From NCBI GenBank assembly GCA_044440125.1, contig JBITAJ010000022.1, positions 1-64,000 on the forward strand: DNA of 64,000 nt. Direction: 5' to 3'. This document shows, in pieces, positions 1-9,932 of the stretch (the stretch's first letter is position 1; every line of letters begins with the position of its first letter). The notes beneath the pieces were generated by a model that was not told the DNA's origin, made no database searches, and saw nothing but the letters and a program-made list of their open reading frames with translations. The translations under genes and the position numbers were made by a program. This DNA is from Sedimentisphaeraceae bacterium JB056 (lineage in GTDB: Bacteria > Planctomycetota > Phycisphaerae > Sedimentisphaerales > Sedimentisphaeraceae).

Positions 1-141
1 AGGTATTCGCTGGTGCGAACGTATCTGGAGTACAATCGCAACCTGCAAAAAACAGAACCGAGATGTGTTCGATTTCCTTCATCAATCAGTACTTGCCCAC
101 TGGAATAATAATCTACTTCCTTCACTGCTGTGAACGGTTAC
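1..141 (+). mobile_element. Right end of an IS66-family insertion sequence (ISBst12-like group), truncated by window start
   Basis: A transposase-like C-terminus ends at 133 and overlaps GTGAACGGTTAC (130-141). Its reverse complement GTAACCGTTCAC has the GTAA terminus typical of IS66 inverted repeats. The left end and target duplication are outside the window. Confidence 0.8.
2..133 (+). CDS. IS66-family transposase, C-terminal fragment (partial, not in ORF track)
   Basis: Manual translation GIRWCERIWSTIATCKKQNRDVFDFLHQSVLAHWNNNLLPSLL* resembles the IS66 TnpC C-terminus (G.R..ER..S...TC..Q.R.V..FL...PSLL). Confidence 0.8.
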   Translation, partial: GIRWCERIWSTIATCKKQNRDVFDFLHQSVLAHWNNNLLPSLL

Positions 142-381
142 AAAAAAGTTATACTATCTTGCTATTGGAGACAAACCAAGTGTCCAAGTTGCTTGCATTT
201 TCGCACAAAATCGCCCAAACACTACTGCCAATTCTAAAAAATAAAAAAATCCCACACACGCCGCCCACAACCAGCAGTACCGCGCCCGGCAGGAAGCGGG
301 CAAACTACCCATAAAACGCTATACACCAACATTTTACAACCGGCTCCGCCCATAAAAATCGTGAGCAAAGCGAACCCCGCC

Positions 382-416
382 ATTCCTAATTTCTAATTCG
401 TAATTCTAAGTTTCTA
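382..416. repeat. Five degenerate 7-bp tandem repeats
   Basis: ATTCCTA ATTTCTA ATTCGTA ATTCTAA GTTTCTA read directly from the sequence. Confidence 0.6.
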
Positions 417-467
417 TCGCTACAAAAAACTCAAACGCGCAAGCTTCATTAAAGATGTAGCGATAGA
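413..467. repeat. Perfect 12-bp inverted repeat upstream of anSME
   Basis: TCTATCGCTACA (413-424) / TGTAGCGATAGA (456-467), 31-nt spacer. Confidence 0.6.
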
Positions 468-582
468 TACTTTTGAAAAGTTGATGTTGTTTTTTTCTGT
501 TTATTACTTATAATTTTTCAACTAAGATACTTTATTGTTAAGACTTGCGTACTTATAGCACGCTCAGGATTGGATAAGCAAA

Positions 583-1701
583 ATGCAGCCATTTTCGTTA
601 TTAATAAAACCAACGGGTCCAGATTGCAACATAGCCTGTGAATACTGTTTTTACTGCCGAAAAAAAGAGCTTTTCGGCAGCGAGAAACACCGCATGAGCG
701 AAGAAGTAATGCTTCAGCTCGTAAGGTCTTACCTTGCGTTAGACATGCCCGTACACAGCTTTGCATGGCAAGGCGGCGAACCGACTTTGATGGGTCTCGA
801 CTTTTATCAGGAGCTTGTAAAGACACAAATGAACCTTGGAAAAGGGCAAACCGTAAGTAATGCCCTCCAGACTAACGGTATACTTATCAATGACCAGTGG
901 GCTGAATTTTTAGCCAAGTACAAGTGGCTCGTAGGAATAAGTCTTGACGGCCCCAAAAAATATCACGATCATTATCGAAAGGACCTTGGCGGCAACGGCA
1001 CATATGACAGGGTCTTAGCGGGAATAGAAGCCTGCAAACGCCATGGTGTCGAGTACAATATTCTCGTCCTGCTCAACAACTTGAATTCAAAACATCCCGA
1101 CGAGATATTTGATTTCTTCACACAGGAAATAGGCATAGACTTCCTCCAGTTCGTACCTTGCATTGAGACAGATAGCGATGGTAACCTTACAGACTTCAGT
1201 ATTACAGTTGAAGAATATGGCGAGTTCATGTGCCGTATATTCGATCGATGGCTTGAATACGGCCCGAGAAAGCTAAGTATACGACTATTCGATTCAGTAC
1301 TCAATTATGTTATAAGCGGACATCATACTAACTGCACATTCGCCAGAAAGTGCAGCGACTACATGGTAATAGAACATAACGGTGATGCGTATTGCTGCGA
1401 TTTCTTCGTTGAGCCGCAATGGAAGCTCGGCAACATCATGGAAACACCAATGAACGAGTTGATGAATTCCAAGGTCAAACGAGATTTCGCACGACATAAG
1501 AATAAATTAAACACCAAATGTCTTGTTTGCCGATACAGTCAGATGTGCAGAGGCGGCTGCTTGAAGGACAGGCTTGCTGTTGACGGCACATTTACAAAGC
1601 CAAGTTATCTGTGCGAAGCTTACAAGAAAATATTCGATCATACATTGCCAAAATTCAAGGAACTTGCCGCTGATATAGTTAAAATGAATCAGGGCAGATA
1701 A
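583..1701 (+). CDS. Anaerobic sulfatase-maturating enzyme (radical SAM/SPASM, AtsB/ChuR family)
   Basis: IKPTGPDCNIACEYCFY (CxxxCxxC), WQGGEPTL, LQTNG, SLDG, and C-terminal SPASM cysteines (C..F..KC, YCCD, CLVC..C.GGC.KDR, YLC). Confidence 0.93.
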   Translation: MQPFSLLIKPTGPDCNIACEYCFYCRKKELFGSEKHRMSEEVMLQLVRSYLALDMPVHSFAWQGGEPTLMGLDFYQELVKTQMNLGKGQTVSNALQTNGILINDQWAEFLAKYKWLVGISLDGPKKYHDHYRKDLGGNGTYDRVLAGIEACKRHGVEYNILVLLNNLNSKHPDEIFDFFTQEIGIDFLQFVPCIETDSDGNLTDFSITVEEYGEFMCRIFDRWLEYGPRKLSIRLFDSVLNYVISGHHTNCTFARKCSDYMVIEHNGDAYCCDFFVEPQWKLGNIMETPMNELMNSKVKRDFARHKNKLNTKCLVCRYSQMCRGGCLKDRLAVDGTFTKPSYLCEAYKKIFDHTLPKFKELAADIVKMNQGR

Positions 1702-1718
1702 TTATTAACGGAGACACT

Positions 1719-2675
1719 ATGAAATCATATCCATTAAAATTCAAACCAATATATAAAGAACGTATATGGGGCGGAAATGCCCTCAACACTTACTTCAGCA
1801 AAGACCTGCCTGAAGGCGTTAAAATTGGCGAAAGCTGGGAACTAACCGACTTGCCCGGAGACCACTCAGAGATAGTCAATGGCGAACTTGCCGGTAAAAC
1901 TATTGATCAGGTGCTCAGTATGTATCCCGAGAAGATAACCGGCTTCAAAGATTACGAAGGTCCATTCCCTCTGATGATCAAGCTTCTTGATGCACAGGAC
2001 GTGCTGAGCCTTCAGGTACACCCAGACCTCGAAACATGCAAAAAGACAGGCAAAGGCGATCCTAAAACAGAGTGCTGGTACATCGTTGATAAAAAAGAAG
2101 ATGCATGTATTTACAAAGCACTTAAAGAAGGTGTAACGCCAGAACAATTCAAGGAGGCGGTAGAGGACGGCAGTTGCGCTGACTTCCTCAAAAAAGTACC
2201 TGTAAAAGTTGGAGAATGCCATTTTCTACCTTCAGGCACAGTGCATGCAATTGGTGCCGGTCTGCTTATCGCTGAAATACAGCAGCCATCAGATACAACT
2301 TACAGAGTATTTGACTGGAATCGCGTTGATGCTAAGACCGGACAGGGAAGAGAGCTTCATGTTAAGGATGCACTTGAGAGCATACATTTCGACAGCAGCA
2401 ATGACGATCTTAGCGTGGCCAGTACCGGCAGGCTTGTGAACGCTCCGGAGTTTAATGTTGATAAAGGTCATAGAGCAGCCGGCAATGAAGTATTGATAGA
2501 CGCCGGCAAAATGCGAGTTATAGTTGCAATAAACGGAACGGGAGTCATCGAGTCTGCGGATTCAGAAGTTGAAAAATTCACGTTCAAATGTGGCGACACA
2601 TTCCTTATTCCTGCTGATTTCACAGGAACATTAATCGCAAAAGAAGAAATAGAATATCTCGTAGTTACGCTATAG
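1719..2675 (+). CDS. manA: Type I phosphomannose isomerase
   Basis: IWGG, GESWE, PLMIKLLDA..LSLQVHP, KTECWY, SGTVHAIG, EIQQPSDTTYRVFDWNR. Confidence 0.92.
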   Translation: MKSYPLKFKPIYKERIWGGNALNTYFSKDLPEGVKIGESWELTDLPGDHSEIVNGELAGKTIDQVLSMYPEKITGFKDYEGPFPLMIKLLDAQDVLSLQVHPDLETCKKTGKGDPKTECWYIVDKKEDACIYKALKEGVTPEQFKEAVEDGSCADFLKKVPVKVGECHFLPSGTVHAIGAGLLIAEIQQPSDTTYRVFDWNRVDAKTGQGRELHVKDALESIHFDSSNDDLSVASTGRLVNAPEFNVDKGHRAAGNEVLIDAGKMRVIVAINGTGVIESADSEVEKFTFKCGDTFLIPADFTGTLIAKEEIEYLVVTL

Positions 2676-2680
2676 AGAAT

Positions 2681-2716
2681 AAGGGCGACATCTTAATTGC
2701 AAGGTGCCGCCCTTTT
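2681..2716. terminator. Probable bidirectional intrinsic terminator between convergent genes
   Basis: AAGGGCGACATCTT...AAGGTGCCGCCCTT hairpin followed by a T-rich run. Confidence 0.7.
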
Positions 2717-2724
2717 ATATTTTT

Positions 2725-5700
2725 CTAATAGGCAAGCCAGTTTTTCATAAATATCATGAGATCTGCTTCATCAACCTGACCTGAACCGTTAAGATCAAAA
2801 CTTTCATCCAGATCAGGATACTTTGAGGCTAAGTGAGCAAAGTCTATCATATCCACAAAATAATCTCCGGCACAATCGCCGGACGCAATTTCATGTGACT
2901 GCAATATTGGGAACAATGCATTATCACGCTTAAGTATCCAAGTAGCCTCAGTACCTATTGACCACCCTATTCCCGTATAGTAAGACTCTTGCGAAAGCTC
3001 ACCACTTGTAGCTGAATGAAGTAATATCTCATACCCCTGACTTGTGCCGCAAGCAGGTTGTATATCAGAATCATTATTATAGACAACATTGAATACCATA
3101 CCGCCATTGTGCATACCTGCAACATTTCCGTTACTAAATGCGCCGTCGGCATGATTGCATTTGAAGTCATAAACAAGACTGTCAGCAATTGTACCCTCAT
3201 TTATCCCAACTATTCCGCCATTACAGTATCCACTTTGATACTGCTCCTTAGTGATACATTTCGACACCAGCGTGTTTTGGCCTGTTTTTCCAACAATTCC
3301 ACCGCAACCTAATGGAGATTTTTTTAGCAAGAAGTCTCTTTTAGTCTGCATTATACAGCCCTCAATGCTTGCATTATCGTGAGCCCCGCCAACAACACCG
3401 CCACTGTAAAGTCCTATCATAAGTGGATCAAGAACCTTACAATTAGTTACACTGCTGTTTTCAAACATCTCACATACTATTCCGCCATAATACTGGAGTT
3501 GTTCCATCTGCAGCGTACTGTTAATAGCAGTGCATTCACTTGAAGACTCTACAATAGAAGCATTGCCATAGAGATTACAAACAAGAGTGGTAGAGTCAGT
3601 CTGTGAACACCCTATTACCTGAACTTCGTCAAAGCAATCAAGAGCCATACCGGCAGTAGTATACGGCCATTGACAGTTGAGCAGCGACTCTGCATGGCAG
3701 TCAACTATCATAGAATTATCGTAAGCCAATGCTGCCATACCTGCCATGGATATACTGCCATAAGCCATAGAAACATCGCCGACATTGCAATCAATGATTG
3801 AAGTGTTTCCCATAATCTTACCTGCAATAAGCCCAAGCGAAAGACATAATTCTGGGGCATTTACCCAGGTAACATCCTCAGCACTTGTAACACTGCAATT
3901 TTCAATTACTGTACTGCCGTTAGCCTGACCTACAATAAAACCAAAGGTCGCAAATTCATATTCGTTGAGATTTGTTTCCAACAGAACCACATTTACATTC
4001 TTAATCGTGGCATTATCTGCAAAATTAATTAATGAACCAGCTATTGTACCGTTTTCCGAATAGTCAATATCTGAAATATACAAAGTAAATCCTTGACCGT
4101 CAAAAGTTCCGGTAAATGGAGCGTCTTCTGTTCCGATACCAGGGAATGTCAGAGCCAATGTTGTATCAGTAGTAAGTACATATGTTGAATTAGGATCATA
4201 ATTGTAATTATCTTCATCATATGGATTAGTCGGCTGTCCGGTAAAATCATAAGGATTTTCATTACTACCGTCAGGATCGAACAATCCATCAAAATTTTCA
4301 GAGAAACTATAGAGCCAGAAAGGAACAGGATATACAAATTTGCTGCTTGCTGAAGTACTGTTATACCAGTACGCTTCAGCATCTTGTAAATTACAGTATT
4401 TTGAGCTCCAATTTCTTATAATTTGCTCAGCAGAAAGTCCTCTGTCTGAATATAGCTTTGTAACATTATCTGCAAAATAACTCTGACTGATTGTACTGTT
4501 ATCCCAGTGAACCGTTGCATCAACTGAAACAGTATCGGTATCAATATAGCCGCATACCGCACCAACTTTGCCTCTTACTCCACTTGCTGTAGCAATATCC
4601 ACAAAATCAATCACATCTTTTGTGAACCCTACAGCATCTAAAATATCCAATGCAATGCAATCAATTGAACTAGGGAGAAACTCACTGATAATATCTTTAA
4701 CAACATCTAAACCCGCAAGTATTTCCTCTTTCGTTGAAATCATCTGGATATTTCCAGAAACATAAGAATTGATAAGAGTTGAGTCCCCATAAATTTGTCC
4801 ACATAAACCACCAAAATAATCACAATCTTCATGCGGGGTAAGTGAACACATCACCATCGAAGATGATATATAGCAATCAACTGCAGTACCCGCCAAACCA
4901 CCAACATAAGCAGTATTTGGCCCTGTATAGACAGTTGAGTAACATGCGCTTCGGTACAGATTCGTTTCATTCAGTGTACCAGCTATGCCGCCAATATCGC
5001 CAGTTTCATCACAAAGCAAAACGCCAATAGCTGCACACTGATCAAGAGATGATTGAGTAGCAGATCCGACAACGCCGCCTAAGCTATCTCCTTTCAACCG
5101 TTCCTCAATACCAAGACATGCGACAGTGCAGCACTTCTTAAGAAAGATTTTCTCAAAACTACCTGCAAAACCACCAATGGCGTTACCTGTATTGCCATAC
5201 AATTCAACCGTCTTTATATCATATATGTTAGTAGCTGTACACTCTAAAATCACATATTCATCATCTGGTGCTGTTGAAGTAAAGCCATCATAAGAATAAT
5301 CTATAGAGCCACGTGCATGACCGATAAAACCTCCTACACACCGGCCAAGTGCCTTAATGTGAATGTCTGATGATATACAATCCACAAATCTTGCAATTTC
5401 AGCTCCCTGTGGATCATACATCTGTCCCGCAAAACCTCCTGTCCCAACAGGGCCTTCAATCCATATGCTCCTCGCTTCCGAATCATCAATAATTCCTTTA
5501 CTGATTCCTATGAACCCGCCAACTCCGATATTGGCATCCAACATATCACTGTCATCCAAATAGGATTCTTTGAATGCCAATATCTTATGGTTATACTTGT
5601 CAGCAGTATTATAATTATTAAGATCATAATCATAATCATCAATAGTCATATCTCCAAAAAGATACGAATCCAGTTGAAGAGCCTCATTAGGATCCTTAGT

Positions 5701-7140
5701 ATAGTCTACAGAACAGCCAGTTAAGACCGGCAAGGTGTCAGATTCAGTGGTGCCATTGTGCATAAGACTTCCTGCAAAACCACCTACCGCAAATTGTATC
5801 GGCATAGAATCATCCTGAATCCCTGAAAGATCAATAGTCTCTCCAAGCCATTGACTTTCAGATATCGTGCCTTCTGCATGTGTCCCAACAAAACCACCAA
5901 CACTTATAGATGATGCGTGTCCTGTTACATATATATTTGAATAAGAGATACAGTCATTGGTGCATCTAACAGAGTCACTGGATCCCGTATAAGTTACCCC
6001 CAGAAAACCACCGATACTGACAGTTGCATATTCTTTATACGCTGCAGATGGAGCGTCTTGATGGTAATTGATATCAGCATAAACGGCACATCCATTTACT
6101 AAAGCGTCATCTTTTTCATTTGGAATCTCATTAAAAGCAAAATGACCGGCAAAGCCTCCAATAGCAAAATAACTGTGTACATTTGAAAATAAAATTTCAG
6201 CTTGAACTCTCTGGTCTTGAGAACCAACAATAAGACAATCAGCTGTTGAATACTCAAAACCTCCAAATGCAATTCCAATGCCGCCTACCGGCTGTGAACA
6301 ATCATCAATTGTTACAGTCAGCTGTCCACTGACAAAACAATCCATTTGACCATCAGTATCCTGCCCCACACTACTCTCTTCAATTCTACCGGCCATAAGA
6401 CCTACAAACCCATCGTTATCGTATAGCTGCACATCCTTTGCGTAGACGTTCATAATAACATCTACAGAACAACCGGTGATCTTGCTTTGAGTTATCAACG
6501 CCCCAATTCCACCAACATTGAATGGAGTTCCTTCACGATTGTTCTGATAATCAATCTCAGAATTTACTATATTAATGCCGCTTAAAGTAGCTGAAGCACT
6601 GCCACAAAGAATACCTGCCCAAATTGCATTGACCTCATCAAGATAGCTTACACCTTCTGGATTATCAACTTCAACAGAAGCATTGCTTATTTCAAGATCA
6701 TATATAGATGCGCCAAAAAGCTCACAAAAAAGACCAAGTGAATTATTAGAGACATAATCACTTGTATTTTTCAATGCAAAATTAGAAATAGTATTCCCAT
6801 TGCCGTCAAATGTACCTGAAAAAGCTGGAATGGGTTTGATATATGGACGACCGAGAGAATCAACATCTGCATAATTTATCAGCCCTGCCCATTGCTGAAA
6901 ATCTATAGAATAAGCCAATTTAAAACTGGCACTTTTAAGTTCATAGCAATCCTGATTTAGAAGTAAAAACTGCTCCGGTGTTGCAATTATGAATGGATCA
7001 TCTTCAGTTCCACTTCCATCTTCAAAACAGTTTACCCAATCAGCAAGGGAATTTTTTGTGTCGCACCCACAATCTACTGCATAAATCAATGAAAAAGAAG
7101 CGAGCAATACAATAATTATAAAACGTTGATAGACCATCAT
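2725..7140 (-). CDS. Large secreted GLUG-motif/beta-helix protein with C-terminal dockerin-like (EF-hand pair) domain
   Basis: Signal peptide; DGSGTEDDPFII and FSGTFDGNG starts; many VGGF.G/GG..G repeats; C-terminal GDCAGDYFVDMIDF...DLNGSGQVDEADLMIFMKNWL; AAGGAG RBS upstream. Confidence 0.8.
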   Translation of the reverse strand: MMVYQRFIIIVLLASFSLIYAVDCGCDTKNSLADWVNCFEDGSGTEDDPFIIATPEQFLLLNQDCYELKSASFKLAYSIDFQQWAGLINYADVDSLGRPYIKPIPAFSGTFDGNGNTISNFALKNTSDYVSNNSLGLFCELFGASIYDLEISNASVEVDNPEGVSYLDEVNAIWAGILCGSASATLSGINIVNSEIDYQNNREGTPFNVGGIGALITQSKITGCSVDVIMNVYAKDVQLYDNDGFVGLMAGRIEESSVGQDTDGQMDCFVSGQLTVTIDDCSQPVGGIGIAFGGFEYSTADCLIVGSQDQRVQAEILFSNVHSYFAIGGFAGHFAFNEIPNEKDDALVNGCAVYADINYHQDAPSAAYKEYATVSIGGFLGVTYTGSSDSVRCTNDCISYSNIYVTGHASSISVGGFVGTHAEGTISESQWLGETIDLSGIQDDSMPIQFAVGGFAGSLMHNGTTESDTLPVLTGCSVDYTKDPNEALQLDSYLFGDMTIDDYDYDLNNYNTADKYNHKILAFKESYLDDSDMLDANIGVGGFIGISKGIIDDSEARSIWIEGPVGTGGFAGQMYDPQGAEIARFVDCISSDIHIKALGRCVGGFIGHARGSIDYSYDGFTSTAPDDEYVILECTATNIYDIKTVELYGNTGNAIGGFAGSFEKIFLKKCCTVACLGIEERLKGDSLGGVVGSATQSSLDQCAAIGVLLCDETGDIGGIAGTLNETNLYRSACYSTVYTGPNTAYVGGLAGTAVDCYISSSMVMCSLTPHEDCDYFGGLCGQIYGDSTLINSYVSGNIQMISTKEEILAGLDVVKDIISEFLPSSIDCIALDILDAVGFTKDVIDFVDIATASGVRGKVGAVCGYIDTDTVSVDATVHWDNSTISQSYFADNVTKLYSDRGLSAEQIIRNWSSKYCNLQDAEAYWYNSTSASSKFVYPVPFWLYSFSENFDGLFDPDGSNENPYDFTGQPTNPYDEDNYNYDPNSTYVLTTDTTLALTFPGIGTEDAPFTGTFDGQGFTLYISDIDYSENGTIAGSLINFADNATIKNVNVVLLETNLNEYEFATFGFIVGQANGSTVIENCSVTSAEDVTWVNAPELCLSLGLIAGKIMGNTSIIDCNVGDVSMAYGSISMAGMAALAYDNSMIVDCHAESLLNCQWPYTTAGMALDCFDEVQVIGCSQTDSTTLVCNLYGNASIVESSSECTAINSTLQMEQLQYYGGIVCEMFENSSVTNCKVLDPLMIGLYSGGVVGGAHDNASIEGCIMQTKRDFLLKKSPLGCGGIVGKTGQNTLVSKCITKEQYQSGYCNGGIVGINEGTIADSLVYDFKCNHADGAFSNGNVAGMHNGGMVFNVVYNNDSDIQPACGTSQGYEILLHSATSGELSQESYYTGIGWSIGTEATWILKRDNALFPILQSHEIASGDCAGDYFVDMIDFAHLASKYPDLDESFDLNGSGQVDEADLMIFMKNWLAY

Positions 7141-7397
7141 TACTCCTTAAAAAATTACAATCTAACTCTTTGTTAAAGCAACATTAAGCAATAAAAACCA
7201 AATAAAATCCGCAATCCAATAAATAAATACCAATACATTTTAATCTACTTAGCAGAAGTTTCAAGGAATTTTAATAAAAAACACACTACAGATACGTTTC
7301 ACTTTGGGAGAAATTAAAGTTTGAAAATTGACAAAACAGTTAAACATGATAATATTATTCTGAAATTTGGTTAAATTGATCTTTTATAAGGGTATAT

Positions 7398-9617
7398 ATG
7401 AGTATTGAAATCCATGGTCTCTGGGCTGAAAATTTCCAAAAAGCAGACAGCTACCTTGCTTTTAGAGGCAGTTTTGAATTATCTGGAGAAACTTCTGTCA
7501 CTTTCAAAATACTCGCATCAGACTGGTATCGAACGTGGATAGACGGCAAAATTTCACATCAAGGCCCTGCTAGATACAATCTTGACTATCCTGAATACGA
7601 AGAAGTTGAGGCAACGCTTGAATCAGGTAAACACACGATAAGCTTCCTTGTGCATAATACCGCAGTAAATACACGTATTCTTGCACGCACAGAACCTTTT
7701 TTATACTGCAATTGTGAAAATACCACTCTAAAATGGAAATGTATACCTCTTGAAGCATTTGAAAGCGGTATAAGACGAATTAATCCTCAGCTTGACTGGA
7801 TAGAATGGTGCGACACAAATAAATTACCGGCAAACTGGCAAGCCCCCGACTTTGATGATTCAAATTGGCGTGAGCCAATATGTATAAAACCTACTATCGG
7901 CAAAGCAGCCAAGCTTTCTTCGCAAAAATGCAAATTCATCTATAAGGATATCCAGCCATCAGAACAAGGACGGCTTGCCGAAATGTTCTCATACGAAAAA
8001 GATGATCCGCCTACCCGTTTTTTTCTGAGAGACTTGAAATGTGAAAATATACCTGCCGATGGAATTTGGCTGAGATACGATCTTGGCCGTATAAGACTTG
8101 CAAGCCCAAGTTTTACTATCGAAATGCCAAAAGATGGAATTGTTGAATTTGCTTTCTCCGAACAATTGTCAAGTGGCCGCGTTGCTCCATATATAAATTG
8201 CTCCGATGGCCAATCTGCCAATATGGATCATTTCAAAGCTAAAGGAGGAATTCAAAAATTTGAGCCTCTAACGCCTAAAGGAGGAAGGTTTCTTGAAGTT
8301 CACCTGCTTGGCAATATCAATCAGATTAAAATACACGAACAGAAAATCATTGAGCGAACGTACTACACAGAAACTCAAGGTGATTTTTCAAGCAATGACG
8401 AACTTATTAATAAAATATGGCAAACCGGAATTGTGACATTCAAGGCCTGCACCGAGGATGCAGTAACAGATAATCCTACAAGAGAAAGAGGCCAATGGAC
8501 AGGCGATGTTGTAAGCGTCGGTATGGAAATCGCAAGAGTCGGTTTCAAAGATTTAAGCATATTTAAAAGAGCATTGATACAGGCTGCCCAATCAAGAAAT
8601 AAAGAAGGTCTTGTTGCGGGGATGTCTCCGGGGGCGTCAATTTATGTATCAAGTTTCGCTGCTCAATGGGTTAATGCCTGTCTGAGATATTATCAGATCA
8701 CAGGTGATAAACTATTCCTTGAATCAAACTTTGATTACGCGGCAGGCAATATGCGAGTATTCGAAGAGGCAATAACCGAAAATGGCCTTAGCCGTGATAT
8801 TGCTTGGGCTTTTATCGATTGGGGTTACCAAATACCGGATAATAAACCAGATATAGCTATGAACTGTCACTATTTAAATGCCTTGCGTGCTATGATAAGC
8901 TGGTCAGAAATAACAGAAAACGATAAAGAGTACAAAAGATATACAGAACTCGAAAACAAATTTTCAACTATCACAAAACATAATATAATCCAAACGTTGA
9001 ACATCGGCTGGGATGAATTGGGCTATCATAGCAGTGTTTTAGCCGCAACTCTTGGCTTATTTGAAAGACATCAGCTTTCTGAATGTATTGAATATGTCAA
9101 ATCACATATTTTGAAATGTTTCCCCGAAAATCCAGATGCTGCAAGACTAAGCTCTCCTACTCTAAAGACAAGTGATGTAATAACACCATATTTTTCTCAT
9201 TTTGCATTCGATATGCTCATACAGAATGGTGAAATTGATTTTGTACTTGATCGTTACAAAAACTGCTGGGGGTGGGCACTTGATCAAGGACTAACTACAT
9301 GGCCGGAAGTATTCGACCTGAGATGGAGCCATTGCCATCAGTGGTCAGGCTGCCCAACATGGCAGTTGTCAAAATACTGCCTTGGTCTTGATCACCGATT
9401 CGATAAAGGTAAAAATCATTTTGATTTCACTTTCAAAAAAAGCCGTCTTGAATCAGCAACAGGCAAAATAATACTTCCTGACGGACTCGCCGAAATAGCG
9501 TGGAAACAGCAAGGCAGCAAGGTAAAATATAGTCTAAAATCAGATGAACCCGTAACTATTCACGGCATAAACCAAGAAACTATAAGCGATATAAAAACGC
9601 TTGATATTCTAATCTGA
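7398..9617 (+). CDS. Alpha-L-rhamnosidase-like glycoside hydrolase (GH78-related)
   Basis: DNPTRERGQWTGD, FIDWG, GLTTWPE...SHCHQWS motifs of the GH78 (alpha/alpha)6 barrel; no evident signal peptide. Confidence 0.8.
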   Translation: MSIEIHGLWAENFQKADSYLAFRGSFELSGETSVTFKILASDWYRTWIDGKISHQGPARYNLDYPEYEEVEATLESGKHTISFLVHNTAVNTRILARTEPFLYCNCENTTLKWKCIPLEAFESGIRRINPQLDWIEWCDTNKLPANWQAPDFDDSNWREPICIKPTIGKAAKLSSQKCKFIYKDIQPSEQGRLAEMFSYEKDDPPTRFFLRDLKCENIPADGIWLRYDLGRIRLASPSFTIEMPKDGIVEFAFSEQLSSGRVAPYINCSDGQSANMDHFKAKGGIQKFEPLTPKGGRFLEVHLLGNINQIKIHEQKIIERTYYTETQGDFSSNDELINKIWQTGIVTFKACTEDAVTDNPTRERGQWTGDVVSVGMEIARVGFKDLSIFKRALIQAAQSRNKEGLVAGMSPGASIYVSSFAAQWVNACLRYYQITGDKLFLESNFDYAAGNMRVFEEAITENGLSRDIAWAFIDWGYQIPDNKPDIAMNCHYLNALRAMISWSEITENDKEYKRYTELENKFSTITKHNIIQTLNIGWDELGYHSSVLAATLGLFERHQLSECIEYVKSHILKCFPENPDAARLSSPTLKTSDVITPYFSHFAFDMLIQNGEIDFVLDRYKNCWGWALDQGLTTWPEVFDLRWSHCHQWSGCPTWQLSKYCLGLDHRFDKGKNHFDFTFKKSRLESATGKIILPDGLAEIAWKQQGSKVKYSLKSDEPVTIHGINQETISDIKTLDILI

Positions 9618-9932
9618 ACCTGAAGTTTTTTTAATTGTGAGCAATAATATAAATTATAAATTTTGCAAAAAGCTGTATATTCCTCTGCTTTAATAACTTA
9701 TTGCAGATATTAATTAAAAGTTAAAAAAATACGACTAAATGGCATTGACAAAACACTCGTTTATGTCAAAATATTATTATTGGAAAGACAATTGCAAGCC
9801 CGTATTTCTTAAAATAAAGATGCTTTCCAATACATTGTTACAGACGCGTATCTTTGACGCTTTTATCTAATAAGTGATTAAAACATCCAGTGACGCACTT
9901 TGCGTTCTGATTTAAGGAAAGTAAAATACAGA

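Noticed and set aside
63..314. 83-aa + strand ORF in the track
   Set aside because: Out of frame with the IS66 transposase tail, crosses the IS end, and has no recognisable motifs.
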